A stretch of 64,000 bases of DNA from Marsupella aquatica (GCA_973895155.1 OZ316893.1:16708645-16772644), one strand, 5' to 3'; shown: positions 1 to 12,345, counted from the stretch's first letter. Notes: generated from the sequence alone by a model not told the origin. Made by a program: numbers and translations.

Positions 1-3000
1 GGTACAAGAACTTGGCTGTTACTCGGGCAGTGTTCTCCCGAGTTGCGACTGCTTCCACCCATTTTGTGGTATACTCTGTTGCTGCTAAAATATACTGGTT
101 CTGACTATATCTGGAAGATGGAGTGATGGGTCCTATGAAATCTAGTCCCCATTTCTGAAAAATATAAGGGGCGATTATAGGCCTGAACTCCATGTTTTCC
201 TTTATAGGTCCTGTACGCTGACACAGGTTGCACGTTTTTACAAACTCCCGAGTGTCTTTATGGACAGTTGCCCACCAACATCCTTGCTGAAGAATCTTCC
301 TCAGGGTGATCTCGGTGCCGAAATGTCCCCCTCCTAGTCCTTCATCTGCCGCGATTAAGGCTTCTGTCCGTTCTTCCTCCGGAACTACTCTACGTAGTAT
401 GTCATCGGGCCCCTGGTAATAAAGCACGTGGTTGATCAAGGTGTAGGGTCTTGCCTTATAGGCGTAGAACTTCCTTTCCTTACTGGACAACCCCTCAGGG
501 AATACCGCTGTACGTAAATACCTTTCTAATGCTGGTTCGTCATCCAAGGTCACTAGATTTACAGGATGCCTTTCCTTGGCGTCTTGAAATAGCTCCATAT
601 CCGGTAATTGATCGTCTTCTTCCTTGCCTGTCTCTCCTGATTCGAGTCTACTCAAATAATCGGGTATGACATGGGTTTTCCCAGGTTTATAAATGATGGT
701 GTAATCAAACTCAGCTAATAACAAAATCCATCTTGCAATTCGGCCCGACAGCTGTGGTTTGTTTACTAAGTTGACCAAGGCATTATGATCTACATAGAAT
801 ATGAATCAATTCCCAAGGAAATAATGCCTAAATTTCTTTACTGCAAATATCATGGCTAATGCTTCCCTCTCAATCGTGGTGTAGTTCCTTTCATGCACGT
901 TTAACAGTCTACTGGCATAGTATACTGGTAAATCGATACCTTGTTCTCCCTTCTATGCTAACACTGCCCCCACCGCCACCAGAGAAGCATCTGTATGTAG
1001 ATGGAACTCCCTCTTCCAATCTGGCTCCTTGAGTATGGGTGCATGGCACAACCGGTCCTTGATTTCTTCAAACGCTTTCTGACAGTCGTCGTCCCAAGTG
1101 AACGTTTGATGGTTACCCGTTAATCGTGCCAACGGGGCACTAATTTGGGAGTAACTCTTGATGTAACGACGATAGAAACCTCCACTTCCCAGGAACCTTC
1201 TGACTTGAGTTGCACTATTGGGAACTGGCATCTCTTTAATGATTTTTATCTTATCTGGGTCTACTAACAAGCCCTGTTTACAAACTATGTGTCCTAATAT
1301 CTTGCCCGATGGTACAAAGAAGGTGCACTTATCAGGGTTCAGGCTGACTCCCCCTTCCCTACATCTTAAGAGGCATAATCTGAGATGACCTATATGTTGC
1401 TCTTCCTCTCCGTATATGGTGAAGTCATCTAGGAAGATTTGCATAAACTGATTCAAATACTCATGAAATAACATCATCATTAATCGCTGGAATGTACTAG
1501 GCCCATTGCATAATCCAAAGGGTAATACGAGACACTGGAAAGCGCCCCATTCCGTAATGAAAGTGGTCAGCTCCCTTGCTTCTGTGGCTAACCAGACCTG
1601 ACTGTACCCGCTGTACCCATCTAAAAATGAGTAAGCTGACTTTCCTGCTACCACATCCAGAACTGCTTCTAGAAAGGGTACCGGAAAAGGGTCTTTTATG
1701 GTCGCTGCGTTTAATTTTCTGAAATCAATGCAGACTCTTAACTTCCCATTTTTCTTAGGTACTACGACTATCGGGGATAGCCACGTATAACGCTTAACAG
1801 GTTCAATGAATTTGGCATCAAGGAGCCTTTGGATTTCTTCTTTTACCTTTTCCGCATAGTTGGGGTTCATCCTATATCGTTGTGTCTGCACCGGTACTGA
1901 TCCTGGTACGAGTCGGATTTGATGTACGCCAATTGACTCTGGAACTCCCTTTAACTCCATGTAATCCCAGGCAAAAACATCTCGGAATTCGGCGAGTAGG
2001 GTAACAAGTTCCTCTTTGAGCTCGGGGGAAAGGTGTTTCCCTATCTTTACTTCTCGTGGTCGTTCAGTGTCACTCAAATCGACCTTCTGAATGTGCTCTT
2101 CTTCGGTGGCACTCCATCCCACCACCTTCTCTGCTAGATCCTGCAAGGTGGTCTATGCTTCTTCCTCCTTTAATGAGCACTCCTGAATGCCTTGCGGGTC
2201 TATGTGTTTAAACAAATCGTTTCGTAGATCATGATCCATTTTTTCTTTGGTCATTCCTTGCATCTCGTCGAGCTTGACTATTTCCATATCTGAAATTGGG
2301 ACTAAGTCTGGACGGCATTTTAAATAGGTCTCTTCTTCATCCTCATTCAACCCCTCTGCCCAGTTCAAGGTACAGACTCTGGCCATAGGTGGTACACCAT
2401 CCTCGATAGCCTTGGTTCTGATCTTGAAAGTCTCTCCTCCGTGTTCTATTTTTATATAATCCTTCTCTTCCCCCCAGTGTTGTTTTACTTTGGCCTGTCT
2501 TAGCCAAGGTTGTCCTAACAACATGGGTTGTCCTCGGGTGGAATCTGCTTCTCTCAAAACTACCACTCCTAAATTGTACTTGATGCCTGAAATCAGCATT
2601 GGTAAGTCTGGCACGTAACCCAGTGGGTGACAGCTGCTTTGATCGGCCATTATTGAATTAAAAGGGGCTGGTAAGAGTTTGACTCTGCCTAGCAGTCTGT
2701 AGGTCTGCTCACTCATGAGGTTTACGGCTGACCCTCCATCCAGCAATACGTTCTTTAGTTTGATGCCCCTTACGCTGATCTGTACTACGGCTCCTTTGTC
2801 GATTAGGGGAATCTTCCCAGCTTGGTACAGTGGTACTCCGGGTAATGTGGTAGGACTAATTCTGCCCCCCAACTGTCTCATTACTGCTTCCTTGCACTGT
2901 GGTGCTAACTGGAACAGTTCCTCGACAGTGATGTCAACTCTGGTCTTCGCGATGAGTTGCACTAGCTTATCCACTATTCGCTGGTTCGCTTCGGCAGGGT

Positions 3001-4429
3001 TATTCGGTGGTTCTTCGTCTCGTGGAAGTTGTCCCGTTTCTTGATCGAATCCCCCCATCGTCACTCCCTCCTCTAGAATTTCCGTATCTGTCTCTGCGTA
3101 AGGTTCTTAACGCATTAATCGTTCAGGTCGTGGCAAAGTCTCATTCCGCTGTTTGTGGCGAATTTCATCCGCCATTTCTCGGGTGGTTGCATCCATTTGG
3201 CTCCAATCGAATCCCCCCTCCGTCTTCGGGGAATTGGTTTGAGTTGAGTTCTCTGGCTGCCCTTGAGATCTTGTCACCACGTATGTTGACACCTGCACAG
3301 TATTCACAGGTGCTGGGGCTTTCCCCGCTATTTCTTCTTTTTATTTCATGTGCTTCATCCATAATTCACAATCGGGCCCCCTGATGTGGCCAGTTAGTCG
3401 ACAGTAATAGCAAATCGGTGGGTATTTAGTACCACCATCCTTATAGGGCCTTCGGTTTGCATTACGATCCGGATTGTAATATCCCTGACTACTCTCCATC
3501 CTATCCCCATCTTGTTTGCTTGTTCCTACCTGATTTACACCTAGGCTAGGTTTCTTTTTAAAAGGATTCTGGTTGCATTCCTGAGTAGTATGTCCAGGCC
3601 TCATATGTATTTCACAGAATTTGCGAGTACTAAGCTCGCCTCGCTCTCGGTTTTCCTTGACTTCTACCTTAGAAGGTTCTGTTTTCCGGTTAACCCTCTC
3701 TTCATCCTTACTGCTCTCGTTCTTTTCCTGGTTAAGCATTTGAGTAATGCCTTCTAGCCGTATTAATCTTTTCTCGTATTCGTCAGCATTAGAAGTGGGA
3801 TTTTGTTCTACCACTGTGACTAGACTTCCCTTTACAGCCTTTCTCATCCAGCTAATTCGTTGCCCGTTGGACGGTTTGTTAGTTAATCGCCTCATTGTTA
3901 CCTTTAACCGTCCAATATAGTTCTGTACTGGTTCTCCTTTCTTCTGAGTCATGTTTTGCAGAATGCTATACAAATCAGATTCTTCCTTAGCCCTTCTGTA
4001 ATGATCTAAGAATTCTTTTGAAAACTCAGGCCAAGTTTTGAAATGGTCAGCTGGGTATTGAGTGTACCATACAAAAGCCTCCTTGTCCAGTGAGCTGGGA
4101 AACAGCTCTAATCGGGCTGTGTCGTTCTGTTCATGGTTAGCTCTGAGCATTTCTTCGAAACGTGCTAAGTGGGTATCGGCATCTTCATCAGGTGCTCCCT
4201 TGAACATGGGTATTTTAACCCTTCTGGTAGGAGCCGATCTCGAACTAATGCCAGCTCCTTGGTGGGTTTTAAGTCGTTCCATGGCTTCTTCCAGGGGTTC
4301 TTCGACCTTATCTTGAGCCCTTGAAGTCTCGATTCGTTCTTCGACCTCAAGTCTGAGTCTGCTTTCTTGGAAAGGTTCGAACTCCTCTGCCATTTCCCCT
4401 TCGTTGGGATTGATGGGCGTCTTGCCCAT
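1..4429 (-). pseudogene. gag-pol polyprotein (Retrotrans_gag, CCHC-like knuckle, aspartic protease, RT, RNase H, integrase) with in-frame stops
   Basis: ORFs 3341-4429, 3107-3307, 2153-3064, 953-2146 and the continuation to base 1 share one frame, broken by stops at 3341, 3107, 2153, 953 and 806. Motifs: [55 protein letters not shown]. Confidence 0.95.
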
Positions 4430-4651
4430 TTATCTTCTGGGTTAGCAAAGCCTTTTCTCTGCCTTCAAGCAATATACTCAACGATCAGGTCTTTCTTTAC
4501 AAGGGTGATGTCAAGATCTTATTACTCGTTACTTTTCACAAAAACGGAGACCTTCTACTGTCTCCTTTACTTGACTAATGCTATAACTTCTGTTAATCAG
4601 TTCCTCTCTCTCCTTTGCTCAACTGCGGCTATGCCCTCTGCGAAATGACTC

Positions 4652-5243
4652 CTATTCGCTTAAACTAGGAGTGCAGGCTTCTGGAGCCATGAGTTCCTCG
4701 TTAAAGCACATCGTTAATAACTGGTTTAACATAGAAAACTCAAAACTGTCATGTTGACTCCACATCATACATCTTGGGCAAGCTCCTGCGGTTTCCTCTA
4801 GTTTAGAACTTAATTTCCTAGCGATTCTGCCTATCTGGAATGCTATCGCAACCGGGTACTTATTTTGATTCCAATGACACCATTCTAAGAGTTTTCTAAG
4901 GTCCTTCTTTCTCTTGGGTAGGCGGTACTGCGTGTAGCCTTGAGGTAATCGATCACTTGGTGGCATGGTCGCTGCTGTAAACGCTGCTCCGAACAGAGGA
5001 TTGCAAATGAATTGCTCGCCTCCTCACGTTCCAGGTTCCTCCATGCGCTTCTCGAAGTACCAACTCTGTGTGTGTGGGCGTGGTGTAAGCAATTATCATA
5101 ACATCGCCTTCTCGTGCCCTACTTCTCCCGCTGGCTAGTATCGAGTGCTCTTTCTCGTTTAGTGTTGCTATGATTGCTGCTTCGGCATCCTTCTCAAAAT
5201 AGAACATCGTCCAGAACTCCTTCGGCGAGTTCATGTCACCCAT
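4652..5243 (-). CDS. two short overlapping leader ORFs (96 aa, 104 aa) between PBS and gag; unknown function
   Basis: ATG-initiated 4953-5243 and 4652-4966 overlap by 14 nt; same strand as gag; globular-looking composition. Confidence 0.4.
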
Positions 5244-5330
5244 TTGCCTTTCTGGATTTGCGCGTTTCTCTCTTGGTTCGGACTGCTGGTCGTAGCAGTT
5301 GCTCCTCTTTCGGAACCCTCAACGAGGCGT

Positions 5331-5348
5331 TCCCCAGTATGGTCGCCA
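5331..5348 (-). promoter_or_regulatory. primer-binding site of element A (tRNA-Arg-like)
   Basis: TGGCGACCATACTGGGGA a few nt after ...AACA; resembles the TGGCGAC..CTGGGGA Arg PBS of Tat/Ogre elements; identical 18-mer at 10321-10338. Confidence 0.85.
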
Positions 5349-6489
5349 AAAATGTTAAACGCCAACTTCGACCTTGCAATTAATGGCCATTTAACTACCT
5401 TCTCCTCAGTAATCTCGTTTAAACGATTAACCGACCTTCGAGAGGCGGCACTCCTTCTATCTCGACACAGTCCCCGTAAGTGAATCCGACCAAGTGCTCT
5501 TGAATGTCGAGTTCCGTCTTCCACTTCTTAGGTACTTCAGCCTCGACCAACACTAACCCCTCTCTATACACAATCTCAATGAACCCACACCACTCGCGGT
5601 AAGTGATCAAGCAAATCGGAATGTTCTCGTATAGTGACTGACGGGAAATAAGATGGGTGCCGATAGAACAGATCCACAGTTCCAGTGATCTTAAGGTAAT
5701 CAAGGAGCAAGACTTGTCGTCACTGCTGTCTGCGTTCATGGTTTTTAGTAGCCGTGACCTGATTAAGTCCGGCTGTCCTTTGAATCAGCCTGTCTGGCAA
5801 TTGATTTCCGGATTGTGTGGGTGACTATGACAGGGTTACCCTAAGCAAGTACCCCAGTATCACGTTTACCCTTGTATGATGGAGGTGTATGACGACCAGT
5901 GTATCGCCTTCAAAACACACTATCTCCAACCAGACACCGCTTCTCACTAGCTGTCTGTTCAACCTATACCTTGAGACACTGGCCCGTAAGATTCTGGTTC
6001 GCAATGAGACGATATTCATTCATCGTTGCGATTAACGAGTAACGACTTGCTGCATAAGGCAAATTCCTTCTCTCTCTCTCTCTCTCTCTCTAATTCGATG
6101 TTCTCCTTCACTGCTCAAGTGCGGACTTCACTCTGTTGCATTCATTCCAAACTCTCTCTTTATACTCAAAGACTACTCAACTGAGTAGGGACACTATTAC
6201 AAAATTGCTGGCATTCCTAAGGTGAGCGGAGCCCTACCTTGCCCCAGACTTCTAGCAAAAAGTGACAGAGCACCTAGCACTCCACGGCCTCTAAATACCT
6301 ATGCCTCATGTCCGTCTCTGCCAGAGGCCTCTACTACTTCTTGGGGTGCGCCAATTACAGTTGGACGACTCGCGCCTCCTCTTTGATCTCCTTCGCTCGT
6401 TCATCAAGAACGCTAACTAATGCCTACCAGAACGATGAGTGGAAGCCAAGAACTGCTGATTACTATGTCAAGAAGTTATGTCTTCCTGG

Positions 6490-7095
6490 TTACTGAACTG
6501 TGCAACGGCCTCCTCGATTCCCTTCGGTTGCGCCTGATCCGGAAGCTTCCGGACTCCCGATTGTTAATCTTGCCATATGTGCCTCGACCTCCTGACTTCT
6601 GTCATCTTCCTTGGGGTTGCTCGGTTCGCCGGCCACGATTACTTGTTCGGCGGTGATTAATCGCCACGTAATCCACTGATCGTGGCTGTTATCCCATCTT
6701 AGCAGCAGATTCCATTTCTTCCGCATGACCTTTCTACAAAGTTCTTCGATGGCCTCGCCGGTGGTGAATCGTTGGCGGAACTCTTCGCCCTTCATTCCGA
6801 ACAATTGTTGCTCCGCCGCATCCCATACATGACAACTTCCTTCTTTGATCCGAATAGTGAACATGAACATAGGCACTCCTTCTCCTAGCGACTTACACTC
6901 ATGAGCTAACCGATTCCTGCTAACGGGGGTTCCTATATTCGCCCCCCCTTGCCTTCTCTGTCGAGCTCTTGTGCCTAAGGCACATACTCTGCCATCTGCT
7001 AGTAGGCCATCGCAGCCTTCATAGCAGAACTCGACTCCTACACGACCGTTAATCGAGATGATCGTCGCCTCCCCTACTTACAGCCTTTCTATCAT
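6490..7095 (-). pseudogene. RPA70 C-terminal (DBD-C) OB-fold/Zn-ribbon-like protein inside LTR A
   Basis: MIERL*VGEATIISINGRVGVEFCYEGCDGLLADGRVC...HEC...PMFMFTIRIKEGSCHVWDAAEQQLFGMKGEEF...KKWNLLL...ITAEQV follows the RPA70 DBD-C motif order; one in-frame TAA at 7078-7080. Confidence 0.7.
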
Positions 7096-7176
7096 CTCCA
7101 CAAAATGAATAACCACTGGTCCTTGCTTACTACTTCCTAAATACTATTGGTTGACCTCTAGTTGACACTTCTAAAC

Positions 7177-9698
7177 CTAAAGAAAAACTATAATATCGCC
7201 GGTGTAATTTTTATCGTTTATAGCGTCGCTCGTCAGCTTGCCCGCCAGCTGATCCTGCTTCTCGGCTTCGGTTTGGAGCCATGCCACTTCGGCCTATAGC
7301 GTGGCTATCTCCGCAGTGTCCTGTTGGGCCCGTTCTTCGGCCTCCTCCAGGTCCTTCTGCCAGATGACAGTTTGATTCTTCAAACGGTCAATCTGGTTCC
7401 GGAGTCGTGCAATCTCGGCCTCGTTCCCAGCTTTGGCCTGCTTGGCTAGGGCGATAAGGGCGTGCGCCTTTGCTAACAAATCATCGGCGGCTACAACTTT
7501 GGGTCGTAGTTGCAGAAGCTCAGCCTCTTGAGCCGCAACTTTGTTCTTTCAGTATACGGACTCCACCCGATACCACTCTATCCTCTGAAGGGCCTCTGAC
7601 TGGGCCCGACCTTCCTTTACTGCGGCAACTAACTCCTGATTGAAGAAACAGGCTACCTTCCGGGCCATGAACTCCCCGGTATCCCGGGCAATTTGATGAG
7701 AGAAATCTCCCAGAAGCCCGTTCAGAAATGTACCCGGTACGAAGAGTTTCGGGTGGTCCAGGTTGTGCCTGTCCGGAGTTGGGCATGGGCAGACGTCAAC
7801 ACGCGCGGGGGCCGGGGCAGTGACATCCAGCCCTGGGGACGTAATGTTGGAAGGGGCTGGAGTGTCCTCCTGCAACAATGTTTGGTTCTCCGGAATAGCC
7901 ACCGGTGGGTCTTTGGGAGACCCGGGCTCGAGTAAGACCTCCGCTGTACCGACTTCTGTACTTAGCCCGGCCTGTTGGATCGCATCTACGGTTGCGATAA
8001 CCGACCCATCCGGTACCTCCTTGGTTACGACTATAGCTACTTGTGGGGGTGGGGTGGGTGAAGTTTGCGTGTCCGCTGGACTTCGGGCCTCGGGTTGGGG
8101 CCGTCTCTCCAAGGCCGAGAAAACCCACCTAGCTGGGACCAGCTTTGTAACGTTGACACGAGGAAGGGTTCGTCGATCAAACCGAGCGTACCACTCAAGA
8201 ATGATCTCGATGTGGCTAGCGAAGTACGCCTTCCCGCCAATGTACAGCGTCTTCCTTCGCCACTCCATCTCTTCATGGAATTTCTTAGCAAAGTATGACG
8301 CCCACTTCCTAGGTCGATAGTTCTCGACCTGGATAACCTGGGCGGCGGAGATCTCCCCCCGGGGTTCCATCATGTGGAGGGCGTACCTTTGGAACTCCAG
8401 TCGCTCAGCTATCTTGAGGATGAGGCAGGTCCTCATCACGAACCCGTTGTCCACTGCTCCCTCTGAGGGAAAACTCGAGGATTGGTACTTGGCTCCCTTG
8501 CCCCCGGGAGCCCGTGATTCGACTCAATGGTCACCTTCGGATAATCCGAAGATCATCTTGAGCCGTTCTTCCGTGAGGGACATATTCCTTCCCCGCAGCC
8601 AAGTATGTTGACGTGCGTTATCATAATTCTTGACGAATTCTGTCATGTCCTCCCCGTAGTACCTACAAGTGTTCCAGGGGAGAGAGGCGAGGTGCTTGAA
8701 TCCCTGAGTCTTCAGGTACACCGCATGCTTGGGATGGAGGATGTTCTTATGCACGTTTTCCCCCATGCGGTGCATTGTCACCTTGGCCACGGCTACCGTG
8801 GCCAAGGGTAACCCGGATGCAGTGGTGGGTTCCTTCCTCTTCTTCCCCCGTGACTGGCTCGGGGAGGGTGACACCTCCCCATCCTCTCGATCGGGCATAG
8901 GTAGTGCTACCGCCGTTAGTATTGGTCCCGGGGCGGCCACGGTCACCGTGTTGTCTGCTGGAGCCGCTCCTTGGGTCCGAGCATGGGGAGGGGACAATGT
9001 AGTGTTGGCCCCCTAAGTGTTTGCTCCTCTGGGCCGCCTAAGCAAGGGTGGGGTAGCCTCATCATCATCGCTAAGGTCCACAGCGTTGATAACGGAGCAT
9101 ACTTGTACTGCTGGCGGGGCGATCGGCGGTGGGGGTTGGCTAGGCTGAGACTGAGATTGAGATTGAAGCTCAGCCTGAGCTTGAGTCTGCATTGGTGCGG
9201 GTACGGGTATGGGGTCGACTGGGTCAGCGCCGGCGGTTGCGGGTCTAGTTCCCATGAAGCTCTACAGGTGTTGGTAGAAGTTCTCCGAAGCAAGTGCAGA
9301 CGACCTTGTCGAACGGGTAGTGTTGGACTCACTATTGATGATAGCCCGAACCTGAGCAGGGTGTGGTCGAAGTGATGTCGTTGCAAGTCGATTGTACCCG
9401 GGATATTGAAGACCTCATCCGGAAGCCGAAGCAATGCTTCCCAGAAACCGATATATTTGTGTTCGTTGAAGAAGTACCCAGATACCTCTGCTGGTCGGTA
9501 AAGCTCGCTCTGAGACGGGTAGTCAAAGTTAAGGATGTAGTGGTGTCGTCCTGCTAGGCGGATGGCTCTCTCGTACTCGCGTTCGATTTCGTATCGGCGC
9601 GGGTTGGCGTGTTTCAATGAGTCAGCCAAGTGTCTTCTGGTAGATAGGAACTGCGTCCAGAATCGAATGGCCGAACTGGAGAGGATTGTGTGCAACAT
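7177..9698 (-). pseudogene. long LTR-encoded ORF: N-terminal domain, PQ-rich linker, PMD/Transposase_32-like domain, coiled coil
   Basis: ORFs 9013-9255, 8524-8997, 7549-8454 and 7294-7479 share one frame separated by single stops; 8943-9698 joins through one inferred frameshift; ATG at 9698 lies ~100 nt after TATAAAA. Confidence 0.75.
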
Positions 9699-10165
9699 TC
9701 AGAGGAGATAGTAGTGGCGACTTAGAGCAAACGAGAGAGTTGGGGTCGAAGCTGGCGCGTGGACTGATGGACTGGTGCACTCCAAAGGGTTGGCTCCCTT
9801 TTTATACCTTGAGGGCTTGTCGATTCTCCGACATCTCCTCGTTGCCTATAGGCTGAACCGTTCACGCTTGTAGTGTACCGGCCACTCCGCCGGTCTGAGT
9901 CACAGTGTGTCAGTGGATGCCTCCCGAAGTTTGTTATACGGACCCGAGGGAGGGGCCCCTCCACGCTCGTAACCCAGGCGTGCGAATGGCGACGCGCCGC
10001 CAGCCCAAACATGAATTCCCCTTATTGACTAATGATTTCCTACTCATAATGGCTACCTAAATACTGTCGTTATGCTAATCATAGCGGCCTAAGATACCCC
10101 TAACGCGCGTGCTAGGCACAGTTTAGACCGAATTACTCATTACTCGCCGTACCGGTGGCGTCACA

Positions 10166-11336
10166 CCTCTTGGAGACAACAAGTTGTTCTGCCCGCATCT
10201 CTGTTCTCCTTCTCAGCTTCAATCTCCTCTTTTCTTATACTCCGCATCATTGTCATGACGGTGTGGGAAATCCGATCAATCTCGTCGCTATCACCCATCT
10301 TGCCTAATCGCCCCAAGGTATCCCCAGTATGGTCGCCAATGTCGCGTGGACTGAATGCAAGGGTCACCTCGGGAAAATGGATTGTTTCTGGCTGTGATCC
10401 AGATGAGTGACAAACACAATTCGGGGCCCAAACTCAAACACTTTACTTTCTGGAAATCTCATTATCAATACAATGGGTGCCCTTGGGCGGGTCACTCATG
10501 GAAGTCTGATCTCTAACCCTTCGGCGGGCTACTATCTATCTTCCATCGGGCTATCATCCACTCAAAGGCTATCAAGTCGGAAAATCCACGAAATCCAATT
10601 ACTCAAGTGCTCAAGCTCATAACTCATAATCTCTAGCTCGCATCGCCAACGATCCAACACTCAGGTTTGCTGGTCCACAATCGGTAGCACCCCAATCTTC
10701 AATCCAAATCACCATAAACGATCGACTCCCCTGGACTGAGCTGAAGCCCAGCCCTCAAATACACCTCAGAAGCAGCATCCCCGCCCGATGAGTCACCACC
10801 AGGCGGGTTCAAAACTCAACAGCCAGACTCTTGGTTGCCAGAAGACGAACCAATAGCCCTTCGCATTCCAATCGCAACCAACTCCCAACTCCTTAGCTTC
10901 CGCATGCCCAAAACTCATCAGAAACAAAACACCAATCGTCACTCAGAGTCAAGCTTGAAGTCAAAATGATTCGACTCCAAACCATTTGCAACTCACAAAA
11001 AATGGAACGCCAATCGACTCTCAGAGTCGAGCTTGAAGTCAAAACAATTCGACTCCAAACCATTCACAGTTGACAGAAAACAGAACGCCAATCGACTCTC
11101 GAAGTTGAGCTTGAAGTCAAAACGATTCGACTCCAAACCATTCGCAGCTCACAGAAAATGGAACACCAACCGACTTCCTCATTCCTGGTCGCGGCACGGA
11201 AATGATTCGTTGCGACACCGGCTTAGGGCTAATCGGGACCACTACACACCTCCTTGCCCGAACCCTCACCCTACTAGTGGTCGTGGTTGCCCTAGGGAAC
11301 TAACTTGGGTTTAAGGCCCGGGTTATGGGCGCGACA
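10166..11336 (-). mobile_element. Ty3 element 'B' 5' end: 997-bp LTR (10340-11336), PBS (10321-10338), start of gag-like ORF (10298 down to 10166)
   Basis: Perfect 7-bp terminal inverted repeat TGTCGCG...CGCGACA; PBS TGGCGACCATACTGGGGA 1 nt after the LTR; ORF MGDSDEIDRISH... is cut by element A. Confidence 0.85.
10933..11175. repeat. 78-bp tandem repeat x3 in U3 of LTR B
   Basis: Units begin caatcg at 10933, 11011, 11089, with a partial unit at 11167. Confidence 0.9.
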
Positions 11337-11653
11337 CACTGAGCCCTTCATACCAATCCTGTTCAAAAAATGCTTGTTTTACATGTCACGACTATTGTAT
11401 GTGATTCAAGTGCATGAAATGTTGTTGCAGATCTCCTTTGGTGAATCATAGCCACAAAATTGAGGTGTTGGTGGAGCAATTGTACTAGGGGATTAGTTTT
11501 GTGTGCGGGCTCAACATACCAAAAGTATGTCTGCTCTGCATCCTTGTGTGACCATTCCAATTCATTGCAGTAGCAAATGCCTTTGTACCTTAAATGCTAA
11601 ATTTTACTTTCTGTGCAGTCTGCTAAATTGTACTGTCTATCTCATGCGCAGGC

Positions 11654-12345
11654 ATGGCACGCCCTAAAATTCAAGCCAAAAAGCTTGTGACAAAGGTGAG
11701 CAACACAGGTGTACTTGGGCCAGATGTTACTAACTTCTTTGCAAGTAAGATTTTCTAGAAAAGCAGCTCATTGTTGTGCCATTTGTGACGATGGTGGGGG
11801 CTTGGTCATTTGTGAGGGCCCTTGCATGAGGCATTTCCACCTCAACCCGGAGTCTGACCTTGCTGCAGTCTAAAACAACTGTCCAGGGGTGGGCCTCCTA
11901 TCAACACACCCAGGGAGACTGGATGTGCACTGATTGTTTGGAGAAGCAGGCTAAGTGTGCACAGTGTGGGAAGTTGGGGTCCTATGAGGGCTCTATTGAT
12001 GCTGCAACAGATGTTAGGAAATATCTAGACCATTTTTGTGTGAAATTTTTCTGTTTTGAGTGTTTACCTGCTCATGCCACAACTTGCCCATTTCATAGGT
12101 GCAAGGCATGTGGTGAGCATGATGATGACTACTGGATTGACATAGTCCACTGTGCTAGGTGTCCCACTATGTGGCACTATCACTGTTTGAAAGATTGTCA
12201 AGCAGAGGGTTATGCTTGTGACAGAGAAATCTATGACCACTCTGCACATGGTGTTCATCGATGGATATTTTATTGTCATTTCCATGCCATTGATCCTACC
12301 TCGCACACTCCTGTGAGAGATCACATATCTTGGCTTTCAAGCTGA
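11654..12345 (+). pseudogene. EDM2-type composite PHD-finger fragment
   Basis: CAICDDGGGLVICEGPCMRHFH...WMCTDC...CAQCGKLGS...TCPFHRCKAC...CARCPTMWHYHCL...IFYCHFHAIDPTSHTPVRDHI matches the EDM2/NSD PHD array; frameshift near 11870. Confidence 0.8.

Larger units (their letters stand above)
1..10165 (-). mobile_element. Ty3/gypsy LTR retrotransposon 'A' (non-chromoviral, Athila/Tat-superclade-like); 5' part only, runs off the window to the left
   Basis: On the minus strand: TGTGACGCC start at 10165, LTR end ...TTAACA at 5353, TTT spacer, PBS 5348-5331, leader, then gag-PR-RT-RH-INT in one frame. Confidence 0.85.
5353..10165 (-). repeat. giant (~4.8 kb) 5' LTR of element A containing coding ORFs
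   Basis: TGTGA...TAACA termini; 3' end fixed by the adjacent PBS; 5' end coincides with abrupt interruption of element B gag; TATA-like boxes near 9800 and 6160. Partner LTR is outside the window. Confidence 0.7.

Noticed and set aside
2153-3343. Programmed readthrough or frameshift between gag and pol
   Set aside because: Stops are multiple, scattered and also fall within RT/RNase H, so decay explains them better.
5231-6019. Small minus-strand ORFs 5231-5524, 5419-5739, 5825-6019
   Set aside because: They lie in R/U5 or span the PBS, with no recognisable motifs.
6925-6960. PPT-like AAGGGGGGGCGAA followed by TATAGGAACCCC as an alternative LTR start
   Set aside because: Not TG, and the RPA-like reading frame runs through it uninterrupted; kept only as an alternative to test.
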